Source of the DNA: Dehalococcoidia bacterium
GTDB lineage: Bacteria > Chloroflexota > Dehalococcoidia > Lucifugimonadales > VXLM01
Direction: 5' to 3'
Assembly (NCBI GenBank): GCA_034423035.1
Contig: DAOUJF010000010.1
Coordinates: 20,594 to 84,593, forward strand
DNA: 64,000 bases
Every line of letters begins with the position of its first letter. The first letter of the stretch is position 1. A program made the translations under genes and the position numbers. The notes below the pieces were generated by a model. That model did no database searches. It was given only the letters and a program-made list of their open reading frames with translations, and had not been told where the DNA came from. Below are positions 47,430 through 56,575 of this stretch, piece after piece.

Positions 47430-47501
47430 AAGTTGTGCAAGGATCTCAATTCGTAGGAATGACGACGTGAGCCAAAACAACATCGAGGACATCAACATGA
47501 C

Positions 47502-48554
47502 CTACACCTGCTGCAGGAACCGGATGTCGTTCGAGTAGAACAGGCGGATGTCGTCGATGCCGTATTTGAGCATCGCGATGCGCTCGACGCCCATGCCGAA
47601 CGCGAAGCCGGTGTAGACGGAAGGGTCGTACCCGACGCCCTCCAGCACGCTGGGATGAACCATCCCGGCTCCGAGTATCTCGATCCAGTCCTCATCACGG
47701 TTGATGGGACGCTTGCCGGTCTTCGGGTCCTTGAAGTTTGAGATCGACATGTCCACACCCGGCTCGACGAAGGGGAAGAAGTCGCACCGGAACCGTATCT
47801 GACGGTCCTCGCCGAACGTCCTTCGTGCGAATTCGTACAGCGTCCCCTTGAGGTCGGCGAACGTGATCCCCTTGTCCACCGCGAGGCCCTCGACCTGGTG
47901 GAAATGCCACTCGTGGGTCGCGTCCGTCGCCTCGTACCGGTAGCACTTGCCCGGCACGACGACGCGCACGGGCGGGCTGGTCTTCTCCATGATCCGCGCC
48001 TGCATCGGCGAGGTATGCGTACGCAGGAGCATCGGCCTGTTGCCGCGCTCGTCCACGCGGTCGATCCACAGGGTGTCCCACATGTCCCGCGCCGGGTGGT
48101 CATTCGGGATGTTCAGCAGATCGAAGTTGTAGCGGTCGAGCTCGATCTCCGGCCCCTCCTCGACCTGGAACCCCATCGAGGAAAAGACGCTCGTGATCTC
48201 CCTTAGCATCCGAGTCGTTGGGTGGAGACGTCCCTGCGGAACGGGCCATCCCGGCAGCGTAACGTCAATACTCTCCCGCTCGACGACATTTGCCAGGTGT
48301 GCTGTCTTCAGCTCCTGCTCGCGCTCTGCTAGATGCCCTTCGAGGACGGTCTTGGCCTCATTCGCCGCCGCGCCCAGCCGAGGACGCTCCTCCTTGGGGA
48401 CGGAGCCGAGACTGCGGAGTATCTGCGTCAGCGCACCGTTCCTGCCCAGCGTGGACACGCGCCACTCTTCGAGGCCGTCCAGATCGGAAACGGCCTTCAG
48501 CCGTTCAAGGGCCTCGTCGGTAGTCCGTTCGACCACGTCGGTCTGTGGCTGCAT
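47502..48554 (-). CDS. pheS: phenylalanyl-tRNA synthetase alpha subunit
   Basis: 350 aa; class II motifs HPARDMWDT, FRCDFFPFVEPG, GAGMVHP. Confidence 0.95.
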   Translation of the reverse strand: MQPQTDVVERTTDEALERLKAVSDLDGLEEWRVSTLGRNGALTQILRSLGSVPKEERPRLGAAANEAKTVLEGHLAEREQELKTAHLANVVERESIDVTLPGWPVPQGRLHPTTRMLREITSVFSSMGFQVEEGPEIELDRYNFDLLNIPNDHPARDMWDTLWIDRVDERGNRPMLLRTHTSPMQARIMEKTSPPVRVVVPGKCYRYEATDATHEWHFHQVEGLAVDKGITFADLKGTLYEFARRTFGEDRQIRFRCDFFPFVEPGVDMSISNFKDPKTGKRPINRDEDWIEILGAGMVHPSVLEGVGYDPSVYTGFAFGMGVERIAMLKYGIDDIRLFYSNDIRFLQQV

Positions 48555-48595
48555 GGCAGGGGAGTGCGTCCGTAGGGGAGTGTGCGGTTCAGAGC

Positions 48596-48625
48596 ATTAT
48601 AGGTATTGCCCCGAACGACGGTCAA
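48596..48625 (-). promoter_or_regulatory. promoter TTGACC-N18-TATAAT upstream of pheS
   Basis: Minus strand reads ttgacc gtcgttcggggcaatacc tataat, about 42 nt upstream of the pheS ATG. Confidence 0.45.
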
Positions 48626-48650
48626 CAAAACAGGGGTGCTCCATAACCGA

Positions 48651-48680
48651 CCGTCATACCGGCGAAGGCCGGTATGACGG
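48651..48680. repeat. REP-like hairpin, family A variant, perfect palindrome
   Basis: ccgtcataccggcgaaggccggtatgacgg. Confidence 0.75.
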
Positions 48681-48698
48681 GGTGGTCGCAACTCAACT

Positions 48699-48722
48699 CA
48701 TCATGTGAGCTTGCTCACATGA
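48699..48722 (-). terminator. strong hairpin downstream of membrane-protein gene (possible terminator or operator)
   Basis: tcatgtgagc tt gctcacatga, about 9-bp stem. On the minus strand it is followed by tgagttgagttg, only moderately U-rich. Confidence 0.3.
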
Positions 48723-48787
48723 CTTAGCCACTGCAATCCTCTCGTCCCCTGACCTTGGGACGGCGGCCGGCAAGTCCTAGACTCCGT

Positions 48788-49468
48788 CTATTGCCACAGG
48801 TCGGGATCGGGTCGGTTCATCAGTCCGAGGCCCAGATAGCCCCACCAGATAACCAGCAGCACGTAGAAGCTCCGGGCCAAGGAGATAAAGGTGTCGCGGC
48901 CGTCGTTGTTGAATATCGCTATCATGAAGAAGACCATCACGGCCAGACTGACAAGGGCAGCCAGGAGGGAGACTATACGGTTGAAGTCGTCTCTCGTGGA
49001 TAGGCCCAACGCGAAGATGAAGCCGCCAAGCCCCAGCGTAATCCCACCTGCGTAGACGAGAGCGGAACCGGCGTAGTAGACGGGAACGCTTCCCGCGATC
49101 TGTTCACTGGTCTGGGCATCGGCCAGAATGAAGTCCGTCGCGCTGGATAGAATCCAACCGGTCAGTCCAACCAACATCATGAAGAAGCCCATCTGGACCA
49201 GCGCCTTGCCGTTGCCCTGCAGGGTTACGTTTCGCATCAGCGCGTAGAGGCCTGAGAGGATCAGGGCGAGGCCAAGGATTATCCCTATGTTGGTTACATT
49301 GGCCAGCGTGGCGTTGCCACTCTTGGCCATTACGGAGCCAACAGCGTCTGACACCTTGGCGCTGTCTATCAGCAGTCCCCCCGGCTCTATGAGAAAGAAG
49401 ACGAAGGCGATTATCGGACCGAATATGAGAGACAGCCCCGCCAGTCGGTTCACAGCTATTGTGCCCAT
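48788..49468 (-). CDS. hypothetical polytopic membrane protein
   Basis: ORF trimmed to ATG 49468 (MGTIAVNRLAGLSLIFGPII). About 6 hydrophobic segments. No family recognised. Confidence 0.5.
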   Translation of the reverse strand: MGTIAVNRLAGLSLIFGPIIAFVFFLIEPGGLLIDSAKVSDAVGSVMAKSGNATLANVTNIGIILGLALILSGLYALMRNVTLQGNGKALVQMGFFMMLVGLTGWILSSATDFILADAQTSEQIAGSVPVYYAGSALVYAGGITLGLGGFIFALGLSTRDDFNRIVSLLAALVSLAVMVFFMIAIFNNDGRDTFISLARSFYVLLVIWWGYLGLGLMNRPDPDLWQ

Positions 49469-49895
49469 GATTGAACCTCCCTTATGTGATGTCATGTGAA
49501 GGATCCGTTGCGTTCAATCCTTCCTAGCGTGCATTTTGACGACAAAATAGTGGAAATGCAATAGGAAAGCGACGTGCCCCGATAGTCGTACCACGCGCTA
49601 GATTAGTCTCGTGGGGCGTCTGCGCTTACATCGGTCTGTGAAGTATCCAGAAGGTTTAAGCCGGGGAACATGGAACTAGGTGAGAGGCGCGAGATACCTT
49701 ATGACGCCATGTAGAAGACTCCAGTCTGGAATAGACTACCATTCTGGACAAAATCAAGAACCTTCACATCGAGGTTCGTTCTCGACCTATAATGGGGGCA
49801 TTCACTTCGCCCACCAGGCGGACAGTTCGTCAGGAGCGCAATAGGCGTCCCCAGGGGTCACCGGTCAACATTCTTGCCCGGGGAGCGTAGTTGAA

Positions 49896-50921
49896 ATGGC
49901 TTCCAAAAACGAAACCACTCTTAAGAACTCGATAAGTTCACAGTACGGTCTCGAGGTAGATTCCCTTGCAAGAATAAATCAGGGCCTTGGAACGACCAAC
50001 TGGATACTGAGGACTCGTGAAAGTGAATATTTCGTCAAGCAGTTTGACGTTTCTGCGGATCCTGATAGAGAGCGTGATGCTCTCAGGCTGGCCAATCACG
50101 CACGTTCCCGCGGTATCCCATCACCCAGAATAGTAGTGACCAAGACAGGTGACCTCCTAAGCGTGGACTCACAGGCTATGTTGTCTGTCTTCGATTATGT
50201 TCCCGCAACGACATCAGGAGGGAGCCTCACACACAGACTAATGATAGAAGCAGGAGCTACTCTCGGTACCCTTCACCGACTATTTCGATGGCTCCCCGCT
50301 GCATATTCTCCGATTACGAATGAGTGGTTAAGTTTCAATACTAGTGCCAAGAGACTCGAAGTCGACAGACTGATTCGAATCATCGATGCGAAGCTTGTGC
50401 CTGACGAATTCGACAATCTTGCAAAGGATACGCTTTGGAGGAAGAAGGAATTGCTCATGCAAGTCCCAATGATGGCTGATCCACTCAGGGCGTTGAGTAC
50501 GCAGGTGATTCACAACGACTTTAGTAGCCCTAACATCCTGTTCAGAGGGGAGGAGTTGGTAGCAGTAGTTGACTTTCAGCCGTCGGAGCCTTTCCTGGTT
50601 TCGTACGAAATCGGGAGAATGGCTCTCAATGTTGAAAACCTACAATCGTCGGGGTGGTTCGAGAAATCTGTTGCCTTTGTAGACGCCTACTGCAGAGAGA
50701 ATCCAGTGGACGCAGACGACGTCGTCAAGGCACCTCAAGCCTGGCTCGTACAGCTCGTTAGGAGTACTTACGGGATTAAAGACCACTATATGAGGCCTCA
50801 CGAGTTTCAGGAAGAATTGGATCGATTTTCGTTGGATCGAAGCCACGCCTGCGAGATTATATTGAAGAATCTGGCTGAACTGGAGAGCGGCTATAGGGCT
50901 ACTTGGGAGCACGCTCACTGA
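49896..50921 (+). CDS. aminoglycoside/choline/homoserine-kinase-type phosphotransferase (APH family)
   Basis: VIHNDFSSPNILF (HxDxxxxN) and VAVVDFQPS (DFG-like). Visibly lower GC than the window average. Confidence 0.75.
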   Translation: MASKNETTLKNSISSQYGLEVDSLARINQGLGTTNWILRTRESEYFVKQFDVSADPDRERDALRLANHARSRGIPSPRIVVTKTGDLLSVDSQAMLSVFDYVPATTSGGSLTHRLMIEAGATLGTLHRLFRWLPAAYSPITNEWLSFNTSAKRLEVDRLIRIIDAKLVPDEFDNLAKDTLWRKKELLMQVPMMADPLRALSTQVIHNDFSSPNILFRGEELVAVVDFQPSEPFLVSYEIGRMALNVENLQSSGWFEKSVAFVDAYCRENPVDADDVVKAPQAWLVQLVRSTYGIKDHYMRPHEFQEELDRFSLDRSHACEIILKNLAELESGYRATWEHAH

Positions 50922-51102
50922 GTGGAAATGCTGTAACCGCTCAGGCTGATGTCGTCCCCCAACTAGACCCGAACCTGCCACTTTCCACTAGAGTTCCTAG
51001 CCAATCCTCATAGAGAAAGTTCCCTATCCCACCCCCACCATTTGACAAACCGTCCCGATTTCCTCACATTGTGCGGAGACAATCGTCGAGGTGACCAACG
51101 AC

Positions 51103-52176
51103 ATGGCTCAGCAATATCTCGCATATATCGGCACGTACACATCCTTGGGGGCGGAGGGCATCTACTGCTACCGCTTCGATATGGCGACCGGAGGCCTTGA
51201 GTACGTCGGCACGACCGGAGCGATCGACGACCCGTCGTTCCTGGATATTGCTCCGTCCGGCAAGAATCTGTACGCGGTCTGCGCCGACTTCGAGGCTATG
51301 ACGACGGGTATCATACGCGCCTACTCGATAGACGCGGGCACCGGCGAGTTGACCTTCCTGAACGAGCAGTCGTCGGAGGGTGCGGGACCCTGCCACGTCG
51401 AGGTCGACCGGACGAGCAGGGTAGTCCTGCTGGCGAACTACGGGAGCGGCAGCGTGGCGTCCTACCCCGTCGAGGCGGACGGAAGCCTCGGAAAGGCTGC
51501 GGGATTTGTCCAGCACGAGGGATCGAGCATCGACCCCGAACGCCAGGAGGGGCCGCACGGGCACTCGATCAACATCGACCCGACCAACACCTTCGCCTTC
51601 GCCGCCGACCTCGGCATCGACAAGGTGCTGGCGTACAGGATCAACCACGACGACGGGAGCATTAGCCCCGCCGATTCGCCGTACACGCGCACTCCTCCGG
51701 GCGGAGGCCCGCGCCATTTCGCCTTCCATCCCAACGGCAGGCACGCCTACCTCCTCAACGAGATGGGGTCGAGCATCACGTCGATGCACTACGACGACTC
51801 GCGCGGGATGCTCAACGAGATCGAGACACTCACGACCCTCCCGGACGACTTCGACGGAGTCAACCACTGCGCCGACATCCACGTGTCCCCGGACGGCAAG
51901 TTCGTCTACGCCTCCAACAGGGGCCACGACAGCATAGCGGTTTTCAGTATCGATCAGGGCACCGGCGGGCTCTCCTTCGTTGGCCGCGTGTCGAGCGGCG
52001 GCGAGACCCCTCGCAACTTCGCCCTCGACCCGTCGGGCACCTACATGCTGGTGTCCAACCAGGACACGGGCAACATCCTCACCTACCGCATCAATGGCGA
52101 AACCGGGATGCCTGAGCCGACGGGCCACGAGGTCGAAGTCCCCGCTCCCGTCTGCATCAAGCTGTTGCCGGTGTAG
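51103..52176 (+). CDS. 7-bladed beta-propeller lactonase (6-phosphogluconolactonase-like)
   Basis: YLAYIGTYTS..GIYCYRFD, repeated ..P.HF.FHPNG..AY..NE.. blades. ATG 51103 (alternative GTG 51091). Confidence 0.85.
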   Translation: MAQQYLAYIGTYTSLGAEGIYCYRFDMATGGLEYVGTTGAIDDPSFLDIAPSGKNLYAVCADFEAMTTGIIRAYSIDAGTGELTFLNEQSSEGAGPCHVEVDRTSRVVLLANYGSGSVASYPVEADGSLGKAAGFVQHEGSSIDPERQEGPHGHSINIDPTNTFAFAADLGIDKVLAYRINHDDGSISPADSPYTRTPPGGGPRHFAFHPNGRHAYLLNEMGSSITSMHYDDSRGMLNEIETLTTLPDDFDGVNHCADIHVSPDGKFVYASNRGHDSIAVFSIDQGTGGLSFVGRVSSGGETPRNFALDPSGTYMLVSNQDTGNILTYRINGETGMPEPTGHEVEVPAPVCIKLLPV

Positions 52177-52209
52177 GAACCACCACAGAGGATAGACCTC
52201 AAGACAACC

Positions 52210-52236
52210 GTCATACCGGCGAAGGCCGGTATCCAG
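52210..52236 (+). repeat. REP-like hairpin, family A variant
   Basis: gtcataccggcgaaggccggtatccag. Confidence 0.75.
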
Positions 52237-52330
52237 AGGGATGGGGGACAAGGTGTGCATCGGGAATCAAGTCTCCCCGTGCCCGTCGATGGGATAGAAT
52301 AGCCCACGAACACATCCTGGGAGGGCCGTC

Positions 52331-52702
52331 ATGGACGAACGACGTATCGCAACGATGAGCAGGATAACCTTGGTCGTACAGAACATGATGATGGTGACCG
52401 AGTTCTACCGCGACGTGCTGCAGCTCAAGCCGATCTTCGACCTGCATGTGCAGCCCCCGCAGTGGATCGAGTTCAACACCGGAGCGTGCAGGCTCGCCCT
52501 CCAGGTCGCCTCAAGGGTCGACGGCGTGCCCTCCACCTACAGCAAGATCGTCTTCTATGTCGACGACGTCGAGGAGGCCCGCAAGGAGCTGCTGGAGCGC
52601 GGCGCTCCCATGGGAGAGGTCGAAGAAGACGGACGATTCCAATACTGCGAGGGCCAGGACCCTGAGGGCAACAAGTTCCAGGTGTCGAACCGGCCGGCGT
52701 AG
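52331..52702 (+). CDS. VOC (glyoxalase/bleomycin-resistance fold) family protein
   Basis: 123 aa; ITLVVQNMMMVTEFYRDVLQLK...DPEGNKFQV is a typical single VOC module. Confidence 0.75.
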   Translation: MDERRIATMSRITLVVQNMMMVTEFYRDVLQLKPIFDLHVQPPQWIEFNTGACRLALQVASRVDGVPSTYSKIVFYVDDVEEARKELLERGAPMGEVEEDGRFQYCEGQDPEGNKFQVSNRPA

Positions 52703-52815
52703 AAAGAAGAAAGTAGTGAGTATTGCGTAGACCACACATGCAACCCGCGATGGTGCGGAATACCAACCACTAATTTCTACGCAATGCTCTCTTCTTTCTC
52801 TGAACGGAGCCAACC

Positions 52816-53721
52816 ATGCCGCCACTCAAAGTAACGAAGGCCGACCTCGCCGAAGACCTTTCCGGACTTGGCATACCGCACGGCGGACTTCTGTTTGTCC
52901 ACAGCTCGCTGAGCGCCATCGGTGAGGTCGAGGGCGGAGCCGACACGGTCGTCGACGCATTGCTTGAAACTCTCGGACCTGACGGCACGTTGGTCGTTCC
53001 GACCTTCACCTACGCCGACCCGCACGACTACCCCGACTCCATCAACCCCAACTGGATATTCGATCCGGCGAACACCCATTCAGGCATGGGCGCGATAACC
53101 AACGCCGTCCGTATGCGAAAGAATGCCCTGAGGAGCGTCCATCTGTGGCACAGCGTGGCCGCCATCGGCCCGCTCGCGGAGAAGGTCGTCACAGGCAATG
53201 GCAGGACGTGGGCGTCCGCATGGGACGCTAACAGTCCAATGGCCTGGACGTTCGACAACGGCGCGTCCATCCTCATGCTCGGAGTGCCGTACCAGAATCT
53301 CACGGCGATCCACGTCTGGGAAGTCGAGTTCGGTGTCGACTACCGCGAGACGAAATTCGTCACCCGCCGTACGCCCCTGTCCGACGGGACTCTGGCGCCC
53401 CTAGCGAGCCAGGTACACGCCCGCAAGGACTGGCACCCCGGCAGCGACTTCAACCGCTTCGGCGAGCGCATGGAGAAGGTGGGACTCGTCGGTGTCGGGC
53501 ACGTGGGCAACGCCGTAGCGCGCCTCTTCACCGCCGCCGACGCGCATGAGATGGCCCGCACGATGTACCAGGAGGATAACGCCGCGTTCCTCAAGCAGGG
53601 CGAGAGCGTCACGAAACTCTCCTACGCCCACACCATTTCAAACGTGAAGGGTACCCAGTGCGTCGTCGATCCCGCCAAGGCCTTCCCAACGCCCCCGGCA
53701 ACCGAAGAGCACGCGGCATAG
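52816..53721 (+). CDS. AAC(3)-family aminoglycoside N3-acetyltransferase-like protein
   Basis: LFVHSSLSAIGEVEGGADTVVDALLETLGPDGTLVVPTFT, the hallmark N-terminus of the AAC(3) (Antibiotic_NAT) family. Confidence 0.8.
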   Translation: MPPLKVTKADLAEDLSGLGIPHGGLLFVHSSLSAIGEVEGGADTVVDALLETLGPDGTLVVPTFTYADPHDYPDSINPNWIFDPANTHSGMGAITNAVRMRKNALRSVHLWHSVAAIGPLAEKVVTGNGRTWASAWDANSPMAWTFDNGASILMLGVPYQNLTAIHVWEVEFGVDYRETKFVTRRTPLSDGTLAPLASQVHARKDWHPGSDFNRFGERMEKVGLVGVGHVGNAVARLFTAADAHEMARTMYQEDNAAFLKQGESVTKLSYAHTISNVKGTQCVVDPAKAFPTPPATEEHAA

Positions 53722-53781
53722 ACTCATTCGCCTTGACTGCGCCGTAGTCCCTTGGGTTTACTCGCGCCAAAAGACCTCATC

Positions 53782-53808
53782 GTCATTCCCGCGAAAGCGG
53801 GAATCCAT
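53782..53808 (+). repeat. REP-like hairpin, family A
   Basis: gtcattcccgcgaaagcgggaatccat. Confidence 0.75.
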
Positions 53809-53866
53809 CGAGACTAGCCAGCAACAACGTGGCAAAACAACAGCGAATAACCCTGAGGAGTATCTC

Positions 53867-54958
53867 ATGACCCCCCTCCGAGCAGCCCTTGTCGGAGTCG
53901 GACGAATCGCCGACATGCACCACCTGGGATACTCCGCATCGCCCATGGCGGAGGTGGTCGCCATCTGCGACACGGACTCAGGCCTGCTCAAGCGACGCGC
54001 GTCGGAGTGGGGCGTAGAGAAGACCTGCCTCGACTTCGACGATCTGCTCAACGATCCCGAGGTGGACGCCGTGGACATCATCACGCCGCACTATCTTCAT
54101 GCACCCATGACGATCGCCGCGCTGGAATCGGGAAAGCACGTCACGGTGCAGAAGCCGATGGCCCTCTCGATTGCCGAGGCCGACGCTATGATCGAGGCGT
54201 CGGAGCGCACGGGCAAGCTCCTCCGCGTTATTGACAACTACCGCTTTCACCCGCCGTTCGTCCGCGCCAAGCAGATACTCGATTCAGGAGGCATCGGCGA
54301 GCCGATGTCCATACGCATCAAGACCGCGAGCGGCACGGCGCCCGACGGCTGGGAAATACCCCGGTCGTCTCACGTGTGGCGCTCCGACCCGACGCTGTCG
54401 GGAGACGGTTCCGTCCTGTTCGACCACGGCCACCACGTCTGGACGATAGCCCGGTACCTGCTGGGCGATATCGAGCGCGTGTTCGCCTACATCGGCAGCA
54501 CAGAGGTGGTCAAGCACCACGAGATCGTGCCGGGCGGCATCCTCGACAATCCCGGCATGATCGTGTGGAAATACGCCGACCGCGACTTGTACGGCACGTG
54601 CGAGTCCGTCCACTCCGAGGAGCTAATCATTCGCTCCACGCATTACCCCATTGACGCGTCGTTCGAGATCACGGGCACACGCGGAATCCTGTACATCCAG
54701 CAGGGGCCGAACGGACAGTTGGTGAATCGGCCTCCAATTGAGATACTCCGCGACGGCTCCATGACGAGCATCTCCAATATCGAGACCGGCTACGACGCCG
54801 GTTTCCGGCTGGCAATCGAGGACTTCGTTCAGGCCATATCGGACGGTCGCCGGTCCGACCTCACCGGAGAGGAGGCGCGGGAGGTCCTGCGCTTCTCGCT
54901 CGCGATGGTGCGCTCAGGCCGCGAGGGCAGGGAAGTCGTCGTCGCCGACGAACGTTAG
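53867..54958 (+). CDS. Gfo/Idh/MocA family oxidoreductase
   Basis: LRAALVGVGRIA Rossmann N-terminus, EKPMA-like VQKPMALS motif; 363 aa. Confidence 0.85.
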   Translation: MTPLRAALVGVGRIADMHHLGYSASPMAEVVAICDTDSGLLKRRASEWGVEKTCLDFDDLLNDPEVDAVDIITPHYLHAPMTIAALESGKHVTVQKPMALSIAEADAMIEASERTGKLLRVIDNYRFHPPFVRAKQILDSGGIGEPMSIRIKTASGTAPDGWEIPRSSHVWRSDPTLSGDGSVLFDHGHHVWTIARYLLGDIERVFAYIGSTEVVKHHEIVPGGILDNPGMIVWKYADRDLYGTCESVHSEELIIRSTHYPIDASFEITGTRGILYIQQGPNGQLVNRPPIEILRDGSMTSISNIETGYDAGFRLAIEDFVQAISDGRRSDLTGEEAREVLRFSLAMVRSGREGREVVVADER

Positions 54959-54986
54959 TTCCGATGAATTCCAGATGCCGGGCGGC

Positions 54987-55250
54987 CTAGAACCACGAAG
55001 TCCGGTTGACCACGTACATCTCCTGGAACTCCTCATCCGTCTTGGTCAGGTACAAAATCCCCTCGATCAGGCCAATCACCGAGGTGACTATCGAAGCGAT
55101 TCCACACGTTAGAATCGTTGCCAGTAGGAGAACCAAACCGGGACCTGTGTATCCCAAGTAGAACTTGTGAATCCCCAGCCATCCCAGCAGGATTCCGAAC
55201 ACCCCTGCGGCTACCTTGCTCTTCGTTGGCCGTGTTCCTTCTGAAGTCAA
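54987..55250 (-). CDS. TM2 domain membrane protein
   Basis: GVFGILLGWLGIHKFYLG TM2 signature. TTG start with AAGGAGG 6 nt upstream. Confidence 0.8.
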   Translation of the reverse strand: MTSEGTRPTKSKVAAGVFGILLGWLGIHKFYLGYTGPGLVLLLATILTCGIASIVTSVIGLIEGILYLTKTDEEFQEMYVVNRTSWF

Positions 55251-55592
55251 CGTTCGCCTCCTTCAGTCGTGATCGATGTTCCGCCCATACTACCGCGAAT
55301 CTCGATTTGACGCATCTGCCTTCAGTATGAAATTCTTAGGAGTAGTTCGGAATATACGTTCTGTGACCCACAGGGTCAGACGGGAAGGTTCGTCCAGTCA
55401 TGCGCTCCGGAATGAGGCCGACACAACTTTACAATAACGCGCAAAATGCGACAGTTTGCAACACCATGCAACACATTTCGAGAGTTTTCGCTGTCAACAG
55501 GACGCTGTCTTGTCGCGTTGACCGCATCTGCGTTCTCATGCCCCACCTGATACAATGAACGCCGTCATCCCCATTCGTTGAGCGACGGTTAG

Positions 55593-56135
55593 GTGAGCGG
55601 ACTCCTCAAAGGCCTCGCGGTCACACTGAAGACTATGAAGCGGTCTCCGGTGACCGGCCAGTACCCCGATCCCAACAAGCGTTTGCCCGTGCAGGAGCGC
55701 TTCATGGGGTTCCCCGCTCTCCTGTGGGACTACACCGCCGACGAGCCGTACTGCACCGGCTGCATGGTCTGCGTGCGCGAGTGTCCTACCCAGTGCATGA
55801 GCGCCACCATGAAGGACAATCCCCAGCACCCTGAGGGGAAGTCCAAGCGCCGCAAGATCATCGACGAGTTCGAGATCAACCTCAACCGCTGCATCCTGTG
55901 CGGCATCTGCGTCGACGTGTGCAACTTCGACGCCATCGAGATGAGCCACGAGCACGAGCAGAGCCGCTACGTCCGCGACGGCTCACGCGTCGACCTCCCG
56001 GAGCTTCTCGAGATGGGCAAGGTCTACCAGCGCGACACCGGATGGCAGCCCACTCAGGCTAAGAACATAGGCCGTCCCGACGAGACGGCTTCACCCAAGA
56101 AGAATGTCAAGAAGAAAGTGACAGAGGCCGGCTGA
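55593..56135 (+). CDS. nuoI: NuoI/Nqo9-like 2x[4Fe-4S] ferredoxin (orphan, no other nuo genes nearby)
   Basis: N-terminus LKGLAVTLKTMKRSPVTGQYP like Nqo9. CTGCMVCVRECP and CILCGICVDVCN cluster motifs. GTG start. Confidence 0.75.
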   Translation: MSGLLKGLAVTLKTMKRSPVTGQYPDPNKRLPVQERFMGFPALLWDYTADEPYCTGCMVCVRECPTQCMSATMKDNPQHPEGKSKRRKIIDEFEINLNRCILCGICVDVCNFDAIEMSHEHEQSRYVRDGSRVDLPELLEMGKVYQRDTGWQPTQAKNIGRPDETASPKKNVKKKVTEAG

Positions 56136-56575
56136 TGGAGTCCAACCCTATCATCGGAGCTTGGCGGCTCGTCACGTACGAGGCCCACACGGGTGATGAC
56201 GTGCTGTATCCCCTCGGCGAGGACGCATCGGGCTATATCATGTACACGCCCGACGGCTACATGTCCGTCCTGATGATGGCCGCCGGCAGGCCAAACTTCG
56301 AGGCCGGCGACATGCTGGCGGGCACCGACGAGGAGAAGCTGGCCGCGGCGAGCACCTTCGTCGCCTACTGCGGCCGCTACGAATACCAAGGGGACAGGGT
56401 CATTCACAAGATCGAGACGGCCTTCTACCCGAACCGCGTCGGCACCGAGCAGGTGAGGTACGTCCACCTGGACGGCGATGAACTGATCCTAACAACCCCG
56501 CCCATGGTGCTGGCCGGAAAATCGCGGAAGGGGCGAATAGTCTGGCAGAGGGCCGCAACAGGAGGCGAACAGTGA
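56135..56575 (+). CDS. lipocalin-like domain protein
   Basis: IIGAWRLVTYE...GYIMYTPDGYMSV...YCGRYE pattern of the lipocalin-like (Lipocalin_7-type) family. The start overlaps the nuoI stop (TGATG). Confidence 0.6.
   Translation: MESNPIIGAWRLVTYEAHTGDDVLYPLGEDASGYIMYTPDGYMSVLMMAAGRPNFEAGDMLAGTDEEKLAAASTFVAYCGRYEYQGDRVIHKIETAFYPNRVGTEQVRYVHLDGDELILTTPPMVLAGKSRKGRIVWQRAATGGEQ

Noticed and set aside
51064-52260. 398-aa ORF on the minus strand
   Set aside because: Antisense to the well-supported beta-propeller lactonase gene. Composition (Arg/Val/Gly-rich) and the lack of any recognisable motif indicate a GC-driven artefact.
25468-53808. Possibility that the family A hairpins form a CRISPR array
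   Set aside because: Copies are scattered singly or in inverted pairs across many loci with irregular spacing and both orientations. There is no repeat-spacer periodicity and there are no cas genes.
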